A DNA stretch of 63,004 nt, filler included. It is 4 parts of 4 records of this genome, joined end to end, with 100 filler letters (N's around TTAATTAATTAA, not from the genome) between each part and the next. Parts side by side here need not be neighbours in the genome. Positions count along the whole stretch, not along the records: positions 28,562 to 41,240 come from SRR20825019_2787; positions 41,341 to 57,090 come from SRR20825019_2788; 2 more parts are not named here. The stretch is one strand, 5' to 3'. Shown piece after piece: positions 36,382 to 45,430 of the stretch; position 1 is the stretch's first letter; each line of letters starts with the position of its first letter. The notes beneath the pieces were generated by a model that worked only from the letters and a program-made list of their open reading frames with translations, was not told the origin of the DNA and did not search any database. A program made the translations under genes and the position numbers.

Positions 36382-36813
36382 ATGCACCTCACCACTTTTT
36401 CAGATTATTCCATGCGTGTCCTGATGTATCTTGCGCTGCAGCAGGAACAGCGGGTGACGATTGGTGATATTGCAAAGCGCTATCAAATCTCTGAGAACCA
36501 TCTCACTAAAGTGGTTCATTTTCTGGCCAAAGCCGGCTATATCAAAACCATTCGCGGCAAGGGCGGTGGTCTCAGCTTGAACAGGGCCGCTGAGTCAGTG
36601 AACCTGGGTGAAGTCATCCGCCAGACGGAAGGCGATGAGGGGCTGCTGCCCTGTGTCCATGGCGAAGGCGATTGTTGTCTTATTCAGGTGTGCAGGTTGA
36701 CCGGGATTTTACGGGAATCGCAACAGGCCCTGTATCAGGTGCTCGATAAATATACGCTGGCCGATTTACTCGTTGATACAGTTCCACTCAGCCGGATTCT
36801 GACACCGAACTGA
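36382..36813 (+). CDS. nsrR: Rrf2-family NO-sensing regulator NsrR
   Basis: MHLTTFSDYSMRVLMYL, ISENHLTKVVH, RGKGGG, three Fe-S Cys (C..C..C). Confidence 0.88.
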   Translation: MHLTTFSDYSMRVLMYLALQQEQRVTIGDIAKRYQISENHLTKVVHFLAKAGYIKTIRGKGGGLSLNRAAESVNLGEVIRQTEGDEGLLPCVHGEGDCCLIQVCRLTGILRESQQALYQVLDKYTLADLLVDTVPLSRILTPN

Positions 36814-37627
36814 GGTTTTGCCAGGGTGGTGGCATGTTATTAAAGCGCCTGAGCTGTTGTTGCAGCGTTTTCTTCAGATGCTCACTGTTACGCTGGCTCT
36901 CATCAAGAATAGCCTGAAGTTCATCCTGTGCCGCCATCGGCAAGTCAGCCAGCATTGTCTGCTGCACTGCCGCATCATGAATATCACCTAATTGGTCTTG
37001 CAATGCTTTCATCATATTGATGAAGTTCTGGCTCGTGGTGCCGTCCAGCACCGGCGCAAGAAATTCACAGCCATAACGCAATTGCTTGAAACTAATGCGA
37101 AGCTGATGCAGTGCCGCTTCATCATTCAACTGTAAATCCTGGGTCTGTGTCTGCAGGTTCTGATAAAGCGTATTCAGTTGTTGCTTAGCCAGCCAGCGCA
37201 ATGACAGCGTCTGACGATAGCAATATTTTTTTTGCCAGTGTGTCTGCGCCAGTGCTTTTTTAAGTTGACGCCGGCGTTTGTTGAACTTGCCTGATTGGAG
37301 AGTGCTGCAAAGCTGTTTGTATAGTCTGGCCTTTTTCTTCTCTAAAGCCCCGTACAACTGAGAGTCTGATGCGGTTTCACCGAAATGCGTCAGTAGAAAC
37401 ACATCCAGATCACGCGCCGCATCCAATTGCTTTGCTAACTGCTTCAGTCGGCGTCGCCACTGCTGGCGGTAAGCAGGTCTAATAACCGGACTGAAAATGG
37501 TCAGGGCGCTACGCATCTTACGCAGACTGATCCTGAGTTGATGAACACCTTCAGGATCCCGGCCTTGAATCGCGACTTTGCGCCAGTGTTTGATGTTCGA
37601 CAGCTCGGCGAGGAGCAGGGTTTGCAA
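36788..37627 (-). CDS. CHAD-domain (polyphosphate-binding) protein; start uncertain
   Basis: DPEGVHQLRISLRKMRS, ARDLDV, LHQLRISFKQLRY, LQDQLGDIHD. Confidence 0.88.
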   Translation of the reverse strand: MQTLLLAELSNIKHWRKVAIQGRDPEGVHQLRISLRKMRSALTIFSPVIRPAYRQQWRRRLKQLAKQLDAARDLDVFLLTHFGETASDSQLYGALEKKKARLYKQLCSTLQSGKFNKRRRQLKKALAQTHWQKKYCYRQTLSLRWLAKQQLNTLYQNLQTQTQDLQLNDEAALHQLRISFKQLRYGCEFLAPVLDGTTSQNFINMMKALQDQLGDIHDAAVQQTMLADLPMAAQDELQAILDESQRNSEHLKKTLQQQLRRFNNMPPPWQNLSSVSESG

Positions 37628-37653
37628 TACCTGGCAGGCCGGCGCACTGCCAT

Positions 37654-38181
37654 TCAGTGCTTCTTTAGCAGTTTACCGTGAATACGTTGTTTGAGTTCGC
37701 AGCTATCGGCTTTGAGCTCCGCCCATTTGCCGTCAAATTCAAGCAGAACCAGCGAGGCCGGCAGCAGGCGTTTGCCATTAGGCTGATCACTGATGAAGTC
37801 AGTCCGGCTTAAAGCATCAACCAGATCTTCCAGTGCCGGATTGTGTCCCACTATCAGGACGCGGCTGATACGTTCGTTGAGTGTGTGAAAAAGTGATAGA
37901 AAGGTGTCGGTGTCAGCCAGATAAAGGGCTTCGCGAGGGCTTATGCCATGTCCGTCGATCGAGAGTTGTTCACAGACTATTTCGGCTGTCTGTAAAGCGC
38001 GTTTAGCTGTTGAGCTGTATATCGATTGTGGAATCAGTTTCAGCTCAAGCAAAGCCTGACCCAAATTGACGGCCTGTTGTCTGCCGGTTTCATTCAGCGC
38101 CCTGTGAAAATCACCGGCTGGAGAGTCGGTCTCTGCCTTGGCGTGACGTAAGATCATGATTTGTTTGGTATTAGCGACCAT
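37654..38181 (-). CDS. sixA: SixA-type histidine phosphatase
   Basis: LRHAKAE, RALNETG, SSTAKRALQT, LIVGHNP. Confidence 0.88.
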   Translation of the reverse strand: MVANTKQIMILRHAKAETDSPAGDFHRALNETGRQQAVNLGQALLELKLIPQSIYSSTAKRALQTAEIVCEQLSIDGHGISPREALYLADTDTFLSLFHTLNERISRVLIVGHNPALEDLVDALSRTDFISDQPNGKRLLPASLVLLEFDGKWAELKADSCELKQRIHGKLLKKH

Positions 38182-38381
38182 AACGTGACAACCTCGGATT
38201 GGCTAACTTAATGAGAGGGAAATATTTTCGCCGGCAAACTGGACCTGCCAGTTCAAGCATAATCAGGCAGACAGGCAGATGCAATGGCTGAAGCGATTGC
38301 TGTAGTTGCAGGCCGCTGGCGTTTTTTTGAGCAATGACATTATTGTTTATGCTTAGAGCAGCTTAAGACTTTTTACGCCTG

Positions 38382-38416
38382 ATACCCACAGACTTATCCA
38401 CAGTTATTGTGAGTAA
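38382..38416. promoter_or_regulatory. Cluster of three DnaA boxes (DARS/datA-like)
   Basis: Perfect TTATCCACA at 38394-38402, degenerate ATACCCACA at 38382-38390, inverted TGTGAGTAA at 38408-38416. Confidence 0.6.
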
Positions 38417-38460
38417 AAAATGAAGTTCTAATTAGGAGAGTTGCTGAAGACAGCGGCAAC

Positions 38461-38491
38461 AAAAAAGGGCCATGCAAAAGCATGACCCTTT
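38461..38491 (-). terminator. Rho-independent terminator after tRNA-Thr
   Basis: agggccatgc-aaaa-gcatgaccct stem followed by a T tract on the minus strand. Confidence 0.75.
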
Positions 38492-38499
38492 ATTTGTTC

Positions 38500-38575
<76 letters not shown>

Positions 38576-38588
38576 AATGAAGAAGCGC

Positions 38589-38617
38589 ATTATACGTAGG
38601 AGCCTATGACTCTGCAA
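38589..38617 (-). promoter_or_regulatory. sigma70 promoter of tRNA-Thr
   Basis: TTGCAG-N17-TATAAT followed by GC-rich discriminator GCGC. Confidence 0.8.
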
Positions 38618-38779
38618 GTCATTTGCCCGGTACTTTTACAGGGAATCGCTAAGTTATTGAAGCTAGGTAAAACTAACTCGCTGGAACAGCCCGGAATCTC
38701 AAACAGGGCGCTTGGCCGGAATCGGATTCAGACAGTTTGTTGGGAAGGTAGGGAGAAATCAGCAGGGAATGCAAAAAAA

Positions 38780-38856
38780 TGGGGTGAGTGATGGGGCTCG
38801 AACCCACGACAACCGGAATCACAATCCGGGACTCTACCAACTGAGCTACACTCACC
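38780..38856 (-). tRNA. tRNA-His(GTG)
   Basis: GGTGAGTGTAGCTCAGTTGGTAGAGTCCCGGATTGTGATTCCGGTTGTCGTGGGTTCGAGCCCCATCACTCACCCCA, includes G-1. Confidence 0.97.
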
Positions 38857-38911
38857 ATTAATTTTTGCAGAAAGCAGGGCGTTTGCAGCCCCGTGCTTTA
38901 GAAAGACGATA

Positions 38912-38939
38912 ATTCTACTGTCTTTATTTTTCTGGTCAA
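38912..38939 (-). promoter_or_regulatory. sigma70 promoter of tRNA-His
   Basis: TTGACC-N16-TAGAAT. Confidence 0.65.
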
Positions 38940-38976
38940 GGAAAATCTGTCTATACAGCTAAGATTAACCGTCATG

Positions 38977-38999
38977 AAGCCGCTACGAGAGCGGCTTTT
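38977..38999. terminator. Hairpin immediately after rnr stop
   Basis: aagccgct-acgag-agcggctt. Confidence 0.6.
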
Positions 39000-39001
39000 C
39001 C

Positions 39002-41170
39002 CTATACCAGTTCCAGATCGATTTTCTTTTCATCCAGATCGACGCGGACCACTTTCACGGTCAGTGTGTCACCCAGCCGGTAAACCTTGCGAGTGCGTTC
39101 ACCGGTAAGCCGGTGGCCGGTGGCATCAAACTGATAATAATCGTTCTTTAATGAGGTGACGTGAACCAGGCCTTCTATATAGATATCACTCAGTTCCACA
39201 AACAAGCCGAAACCGGTCACACCGCTAATCACACCCTGATGGGTTTCACCGACACGGTCACGCATGTATTCACATTTGAGCCAGTCACTGACGTCACGGG
39301 TGGCTTCATCAGCGCGGCGGCTGGTCATTGAACAATGATCACCCAGTTGCACCATATCCTCATGCGTATAACGCCACTTGCCGGCTTTTCTGCCGCTGAT
39401 GATATGGCGGATAGCACGATGGACCAGCAAATCCGGATAACGACGAATCGGTGAGGTGAAATGAGCATAGGCATCCAGTGCCAGGCCGAAGTGACCAATG
39501 TTTTCCGGTGTATACACAGCCTGTTTCATACTACGCAGCATGACGGTCTGCAGCAGGTGACCATCCGGCCGTTTGCTGGCTGTTGCCAGTAAAGAGGCAT
39601 AATGACGTGGTTCAGGATCATCTCCGCCACCGAGGAACAGGCCCAGTTCACCCAGAAAATCACGCAGCCCACTCAGCTTTTCTTCTGATGGTGTTTCATG
39701 CACGCGGTACAGCACTGGCAGTTTATGCTCGAGCAGGAATCGGGCAGCGCTGACATTAGCCGCAATCATGAACTCTTCAATCAAGCGATGGGCATCGTTG
39801 CGTTCGCGTGGCTGAATTGAGCTAATCTTACGATTATCATCAAACAGGAACTGGGTTTCGGTCATTTCAAAGTCGATGGCACCGCGTTCTTCACGTGCCT
39901 TGAGCATGACATTGAACAACTCATACATGGTTTCCAGCGTCGGCAAGACAGACTGGTACTGCTCACGCAGTGTCTCATCGCCATCAACCAGCATGGCAGC
40001 CACCTTGTCATAGGTGAGACGGGCCTTGGAATACATCACCGCTTCATGGAAGGTGTGCGATTCCGTTTTGCCTTCCTGGTTGATTTCCATTTCGCAGACC
40101 AGACACAGTCGCTCAACTTCAGGATTCAATGAACACAGGCCGTTGGACAGCGCTTCCGGCAACATCGGTATCACCTGGCTAGGGAAATAAACCGAGGTGC
40201 CTCGGTCGCCAGCATCCAGATCCAGCGGACTGCCAGGTTGTACATAGTGCGACACATCGGCGATCGCTACCCACAGTCGCCAGTTACCGTTGTCCAGACG
40301 CTCAGCGCAGACAGCATCATCAAAGTCCCGTGCATCTTCGCCATCAATCGTGACCAGTGGCATGTCGCGTAAATCCAGACGACCTTCAATCGCATCCTGC
40401 GGAATGCTGTCACCAAACTGCTCCGCCTGTTGCAGCGCTTTATCTGACCATACATGGGGCAGTTCGAAGTCACGCAGGGCGAGATCGATTTCCATACCCG
40501 GTGCCATATGATCGCCGATAATTTCCACTATCCGGCCCAATGGGGAACGATGAACGTTGGGGTTTTCAGTGATCTCAGTTTCAACGATCTGATTTTCTTT
40601 GGCACCGATGAGAGCTTCAGGAGGAATCAGAATGTCCTGGCTGATGCGGCGATTATTGGGGATCACAAAATAGATGCCGGCGTCACGTATGAGACGCCCA
40701 ACGATATGAGTATTAGCACGGTGGGTGACTTCGACAATGGCGCCTTCCTTGCGGCCTCTGCGATCAATACCGGTGATACGGGCGAGGGCGCGATCGCCAT
40801 GCAGGACACTGCGCATCTCGCGTTCACCCAGGAAAAGGTCATCGCCGCCTTCCTCAGGGATTAGAAAGCCATAGCCTTCAGGGTGACCCATTACCCGACC
40901 ACTGACCAGGTTCATTTTGGAAAGGACACCGTAAGCGCCCTTACGATTGCGCAATAGTTGCCCGTCACGCTCCATAGCCCGTAATCGACGTCTTAAAGCT
41001 TCGTGTTCATCTTCCCCTGTTATGTTTAGCAATTTGGCAATGCCTTTTCGGGTCAGGGGGACATTATTTTGCTTTAAAATCGAGAGGATAAACTCTCTGC
41101 TCGGGATTGGGTTGTCGTATTTCTCGGCTTCACGTTCGAAGTTGGGATCGTTTTTCTTGTTATCAGTCAT
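39002..41170 (-). CDS. rnr: Ribonuclease R
   Basis: KYDNPIPSRE, cold-shock domains, TIDGEDARDFDDA, YAHFTSPIRRYPDL, C-terminal S1; probable start MTDNKK at 41170. Confidence 0.97.
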   Translation of the reverse strand: MTDNKKNDPNFEREAEKYDNPIPSREFILSILKQNNVPLTRKGIAKLLNITGEDEHEALRRRLRAMERDGQLLRNRKGAYGVLSKMNLVSGRVMGHPEGYGFLIPEEGGDDLFLGEREMRSVLHGDRALARITGIDRRGRKEGAIVEVTHRANTHIVGRLIRDAGIYFVIPNNRRISQDILIPPEALIGAKENQIVETEITENPNVHRSPLGRIVEIIGDHMAPGMEIDLALRDFELPHVWSDKALQQAEQFGDSIPQDAIEGRLDLRDMPLVTIDGEDARDFDDAVCAERLDNGNWRLWVAIADVSHYVQPGSPLDLDAGDRGTSVYFPSQVIPMLPEALSNGLCSLNPEVERLCLVCEMEINQEGKTESHTFHEAVMYSKARLTYDKVAAMLVDGDETLREQYQSVLPTLETMYELFNVMLKAREERGAIDFEMTETQFLFDDNRKISSIQPRERNDAHRLIEEFMIAANVSAARFLLEHKLPVLYRVHETPSEEKLSGLRDFLGELGLFLGGGDDPEPRHYASLLATASKRPDGHLLQTVMLRSMKQAVYTPENIGHFGLALDAYAHFTSPIRRYPDLLVHRAIRHIISGRKAGKWRYTHEDMVQLGDHCSMTSRRADEATRDVSDWLKCEYMRDRVGETHQGVISGVTGFGLFVELSDIYIEGLVHVTSLKNDYYQFDATGHRLTGERTRKVYRLGDTLTVKVVRVDLDEKKIDLELV

Positions 41171-41212
41171 TGACAGTTTCAAATTCACTCTGTAATCTTT
41201 GCGCCTTCTTCA

Positions 41213-41240
41213 GCCCAGGTGGCGGAATTGGTAGACGCGC
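41213..41240 (+). tRNA. 5' fragment of tRNA-Leu, truncated by contig end
   Basis: GCCCAGGTGGCGGAATTGGTAGACGCGC; upstream TTGACA(41170)-N17-TAATCT and GCGCC discriminator. Confidence 0.85.
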
Positions 41241-41340
41241 NNNNNNNNNNNNNNNNNNNNNNNNNNNNNNNNNNNNNNNNNNNNTTAATTAATTAANNNN
41301 NNNNNNNNNNNNNNNNNNNNNNNNNNNNNNNNNNNNNNNN
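41241..41340. other. Artificial contig linker
   Basis: N run with TTAATTAATTAA. Confidence 0.98.
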
Positions 41341-42049
41341 CATTCATGACCATCAGCATCACCGCCATTGGCCATTGTGCGATACATGAGCTTCTGGAAC
41401 TTGGCGTGGTTCGAGTCATTAGAAGCTGGGAAAGATCACTCCCACAAGCCGAAAAGACGAAATCAGGACTGAAGTCGCACTTCTTGTCTTAATAAGCGGG
41501 GAGATTGATGTAAGCACTGTCAGTTGCTTCTACATCGTTCCCGCTGTTGTACTGCCCAAGAAGGGCCCACACAAAGTGCATAAGTGGCTTCGGTATCGCA
41601 TCATATTTGCAAGCCGGTTTACCTATATCGGCCTGCGGGGGTGCTGTTTCGTCAATCCCGGAGCACGGAACTCAGGCTTGACTTCAGGGCTGCTCTTTCT
41701 TACCTCAAGAATTTGAAAACTTTTGCGGGAACTACGCTGACACCTATGATAGTCGTCTCTCCTACTATCTCCGCGGTCTCTGCGCCACATCTGAACGCAC
41801 TATCACGTGCTTCAGCCTCGCTCCTTATGGCATCGGGTACCGGGCTTGCGCATCCCGGCTCTCGACACACACACGTGGGATGATCAAACAGTACATGCGA
41901 CTTTATTCGTATGGCATGGGTCACTGGACTGCGAAAATGAATTCATATATAGTCACGCGGCATCGTGAATCACCTCGCTGTCATGCAGTGCATATCCGTC
42001 CCTATACCTCAGCACTATCCGGATGTGTTACGGGAGCGCAGCAAGGCTG

Positions 42050-44502
42050 CTAGAAACCTGCCCATTCGAATCCAAACAAACCGGCATCATGCGCTGATTC
42101 CCTGAGATACTTCACTTGGTTGTCCCATTCGATAACCTCCGGGTTGTAGTTGAGCATATTACAGACGGCGGGGAAATTGCTGATCTTCATCGTACCGCCC
42201 TCGCTCTTTCTAAAGAATCCTTTCTCCACAAGAACATCTACCGCCTCCATGACACATTCCGGCGAGGTTGGCTTCTCGGAATTCTCAAATCCATATTCCC
42301 AATGTCCCTCAGCTAAAGCCCTTTTCAATCTAGCTAGGTTCATGTTCACGTCTGGAGGGATCCTACTTCTCCGTCCGAACTTCTTCACTTGCCCGCAATA
42401 AAACTGGAATGCAAACTCGGTGCTGCAACCTAAACGTCAGTAATTGCCAATGTGCATATAGATGTGAACTCACCATATTGGCTCAGTCGTGCTCATCACT
42501 TCATGAGCCACAAATTGATTCTTCGCAATATGCTTGAAGAACAACTTGAGACGATCTGCAGACGAACAAGTTGGCGAATAGGAATCGGTCCGCTTCACGC
42601 CATGTGCGGTAGACACGAACAGTGGCGCCATGTGCATTTGTGCAAAGTAGCAATTATTGTCGGGTGACATGTAACCACCGAGGCTGACGACTGATGACCA
42701 CAATCTATCAGCCGTCATGCACAGCAAGAGTCACGCTCATACTTACGATAGAATCCATCGCCGTATCCTGGACCTCCAAACCATGGCGGGGGCGTGTCGC
42801 CCCTGGTTGTCACACTGTTGATCATTCGGCCAGGGAAGGTCTTCAGGGGGCCCGAGTCACGGGTCCCCTCGGTAAATAATTTGGTTGCCATGGCCGACTG
42901 AATCAGCGGTGCCACAGCAAAGTCCACCATTCCACCCATCTGCTCCCGCCTGGTCAGCATACTGATATTCTCATCCATCAGAGAATCGCCGGATCCCGCA
43001 TAGTCGTCCAGAATCACGATCTTGGTTTGATGACGGTCGCCAGCCCGCTCTTTCGAGATTCGCTTTATCCCGGCAAGGGTCTGAACCTTCCACGGGTCGA
43101 GTTCGTTGACGGTCAAATGTATCATTGTCGCCATGGTGAAGCTCTTGGGGGTAGTGCCGGGGATAAAATACAGGTCTGGTTCAAAGGCTTCCTCCACCAT
43201 GGCAAGGTGGATGTCCCGAGACAGTCTAACAAGATTGTTCATGCTGAGGAAGTGACCATCCTTCTCCATCCCTGCCGCAACCTCATCCTCGCTCCCGCAC
43301 CCCGCTACTGTGCGCACCGCTCGCTGGTATTCCCTGAAAGTGGGCATCATAGGGGCCAGCTCCATCGTGGCATAGAGGAGAAACAAGTTCCCTTGTGCTT
43401 CAATGTTCATTTCGCTATCGTCCAATTCACTTTCCGAAAAGAGGCCATCATCATCAAAGTCGGCGATGGCAGTGTACTCATCTGAGTCCATCTTGTCGTT
43501 GAAGTGCACCATCACATCAGGCACCCTCTCCAGACCCTCCTCTTCCGCCCACTGCTCCAGCTTACTCCGCACGTTCGACATTAGGATGCGCGTGAACATC
43601 ATGTGCCTCTCCACCACCGCCTGCCGCCCCGGTTCCATCTCGCCGTAGGAAGCGTGATACACATCCTCTACGTATTGGTGCTCATGCTCCTCAATAAGGA
43701 AGGCGCCCCTTTCCTTCACAGCCAAGGTTTCCTTCAATGCCACGGCAAGGCGTTTGATTATTTCTTTGTATTCCAATTGGTTAAAGAGGTTGAGCCCCAT
43801 TCCCCATCCAAGCGGCGCTAGAAACTTGACCTTGTCGTGCTGCGACAGTGCCATCAAATTCTTCTTCAAAGCTCTTCCCTCCGGAGTGTCCGCCGAGGCC
43901 TTGCGCATGAGAATTGTGTCCAGAACAATGATGTACCGGTCCTTGTTGCCTACCATGGACTTGCATCTCTCGAACTCCGACGCGTCGTAAGGGCACTCCA
44001 AGAAAAAGTCGATCGGGTCCATGCCATGTTCACTCATGTTGGGAATCTTATTCTTGGCGGCAAGGTAAGCGAGAACATCGCCCAGTCCTGCCGTCTCTTT
44101 GTCAATGTACAGCGCGGTCCCGGTGTGTATGAGCTCGCCCAGCAGGTTGTTTAGACTCTGCAGGTTTCCGTAGTGAGAGGCTTGGTAGACCAGCTCCGCA
44201 AGCTCTCCCGATGGGACACCAGCGTCTGCCGCCGCCACACTCACGGCAGCCTCCAAATCCTCAGTTGTCAATATAAGCATCTTCCGCTTGAGGGCTCGGA
44301 ACTGGCGGCCCAGCGCCGTGTCCGGCACTTCTTCGCCTCCAAGGTGGTCCAGCATCTCTGACACGTTCAAGTCTGACGAGTCGTCACTGGAGTCGCGGAA
44401 CATTGCCCCGGAACGGCCGCCCGAGATACGAACGGCGGCACCCACAGCAACCAGCAGTGCAAGGGCACACACCCTAAGGGTTGTGGCACGCCCTGGGGTC
44501 AT
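42050..44502 (-). CDS. Secreted protein with C-terminal phosphoribosyltransferase-like (PRTase-CE-like) domain, 3 exons
   Basis: Signal peptide MTPGRATTLRVCALALLVAVGAA; PRPP loop KIVILDDYAGSGDS; intron 42691-42746 joins GYGDGFY|LVSLGGYMSPDNN; second intron about 42430-42473 reads in frame to stop at 42050; TATAAAG at 44546-44552. Confidence 0.72.
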
Positions 44503-45430
44503 CACCGCACGCACTCCTTCCGGCTCCACAGGTTGTGCTCCTCTTCTTTATAGAAATGCCAAAGGGAACACTCAAAAGACAGGTCAGCCGGCAGACGGTA
44601 ATGTGGCCATCTTCAGCGGGGCCTCCGGCTCGGCCGGACGGGGCCACTGTCACTGGCCGGCCCAAGGCTCACTAGGGCGCCGTAAAGCTTCCGGGCCACC
44701 GTCCGAGGACCCGAACACGCGGCCGGCCGGGGCGGCGCCGCCGGCGGGCAGTCACGGTCCGCCGGCACTCAAGCCGGGGCGCCCGAGTGGCAGTTTTGGC
44801 GACCAACCCCGGCTGCGGGGCCTGTCATCAGTCATTCTTGGGGCGCCGGCTGTCGGTCAGTGGCCGGCGTGCGTAGTAGGCCCATCCATAGGTCGAATAG
44901 GATGTTGTCCCGAATGGGGGGGGGGACTAATTTGAGTTTCGGATGACGGGCGCGACGGGGCCGAATCGGACGGCGTCCGTGCCCCCCGGCACTGTGCCGT
45001 GGGCACCGTCGGGGGGCGCCGGGACGGGGATCCCAGAGTTCAAGTTTCGGGGTCTGACCGGCTCACTTCGGGCCGCGGTCTCGGCGGGAGCCGCCCCTGG
45101 CCGTGGCCTTGTCCGGCCACAGTGCCGGGCGGCCGCGTGGCCGCGGGACCGCGGGCCTCAGTTTCGCCACGTTGTGGGGGAGGGGGGGGGGGGGCACGGG
45201 GTATTGCATTCGATGCTTATTCGGCGCGGGGGCGGGCGTCTTCCGGTCCGGGCCGGCGCTGGCGGCCTCGCGTCCGGTCCGGCTGGCCAGTGAGCGCGGG
45301 CGCGGTTGGCGCCGCGCACCTGGTAGGTGATAATGCCCGCTAGGCCGCAGACAGGGTGCATATATATACACTAAAGCATGGAACTGAGCTCCTTAGTAGT
45401 CGCCATTGGATCGCGGGCGGCCACCGTGAA

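Noticed and set aside
38576-38779. Possible integrated element between the tRNAs (IHF-like TAAGTTATTGA)
   Set aside because: No integrase and no duplicated tRNA 3' end seen
41341-41950. Possible further minus-strand eukaryotic gene
   Set aside because: TATA-like and splice-like signals exist but I could not build a credible reading frame
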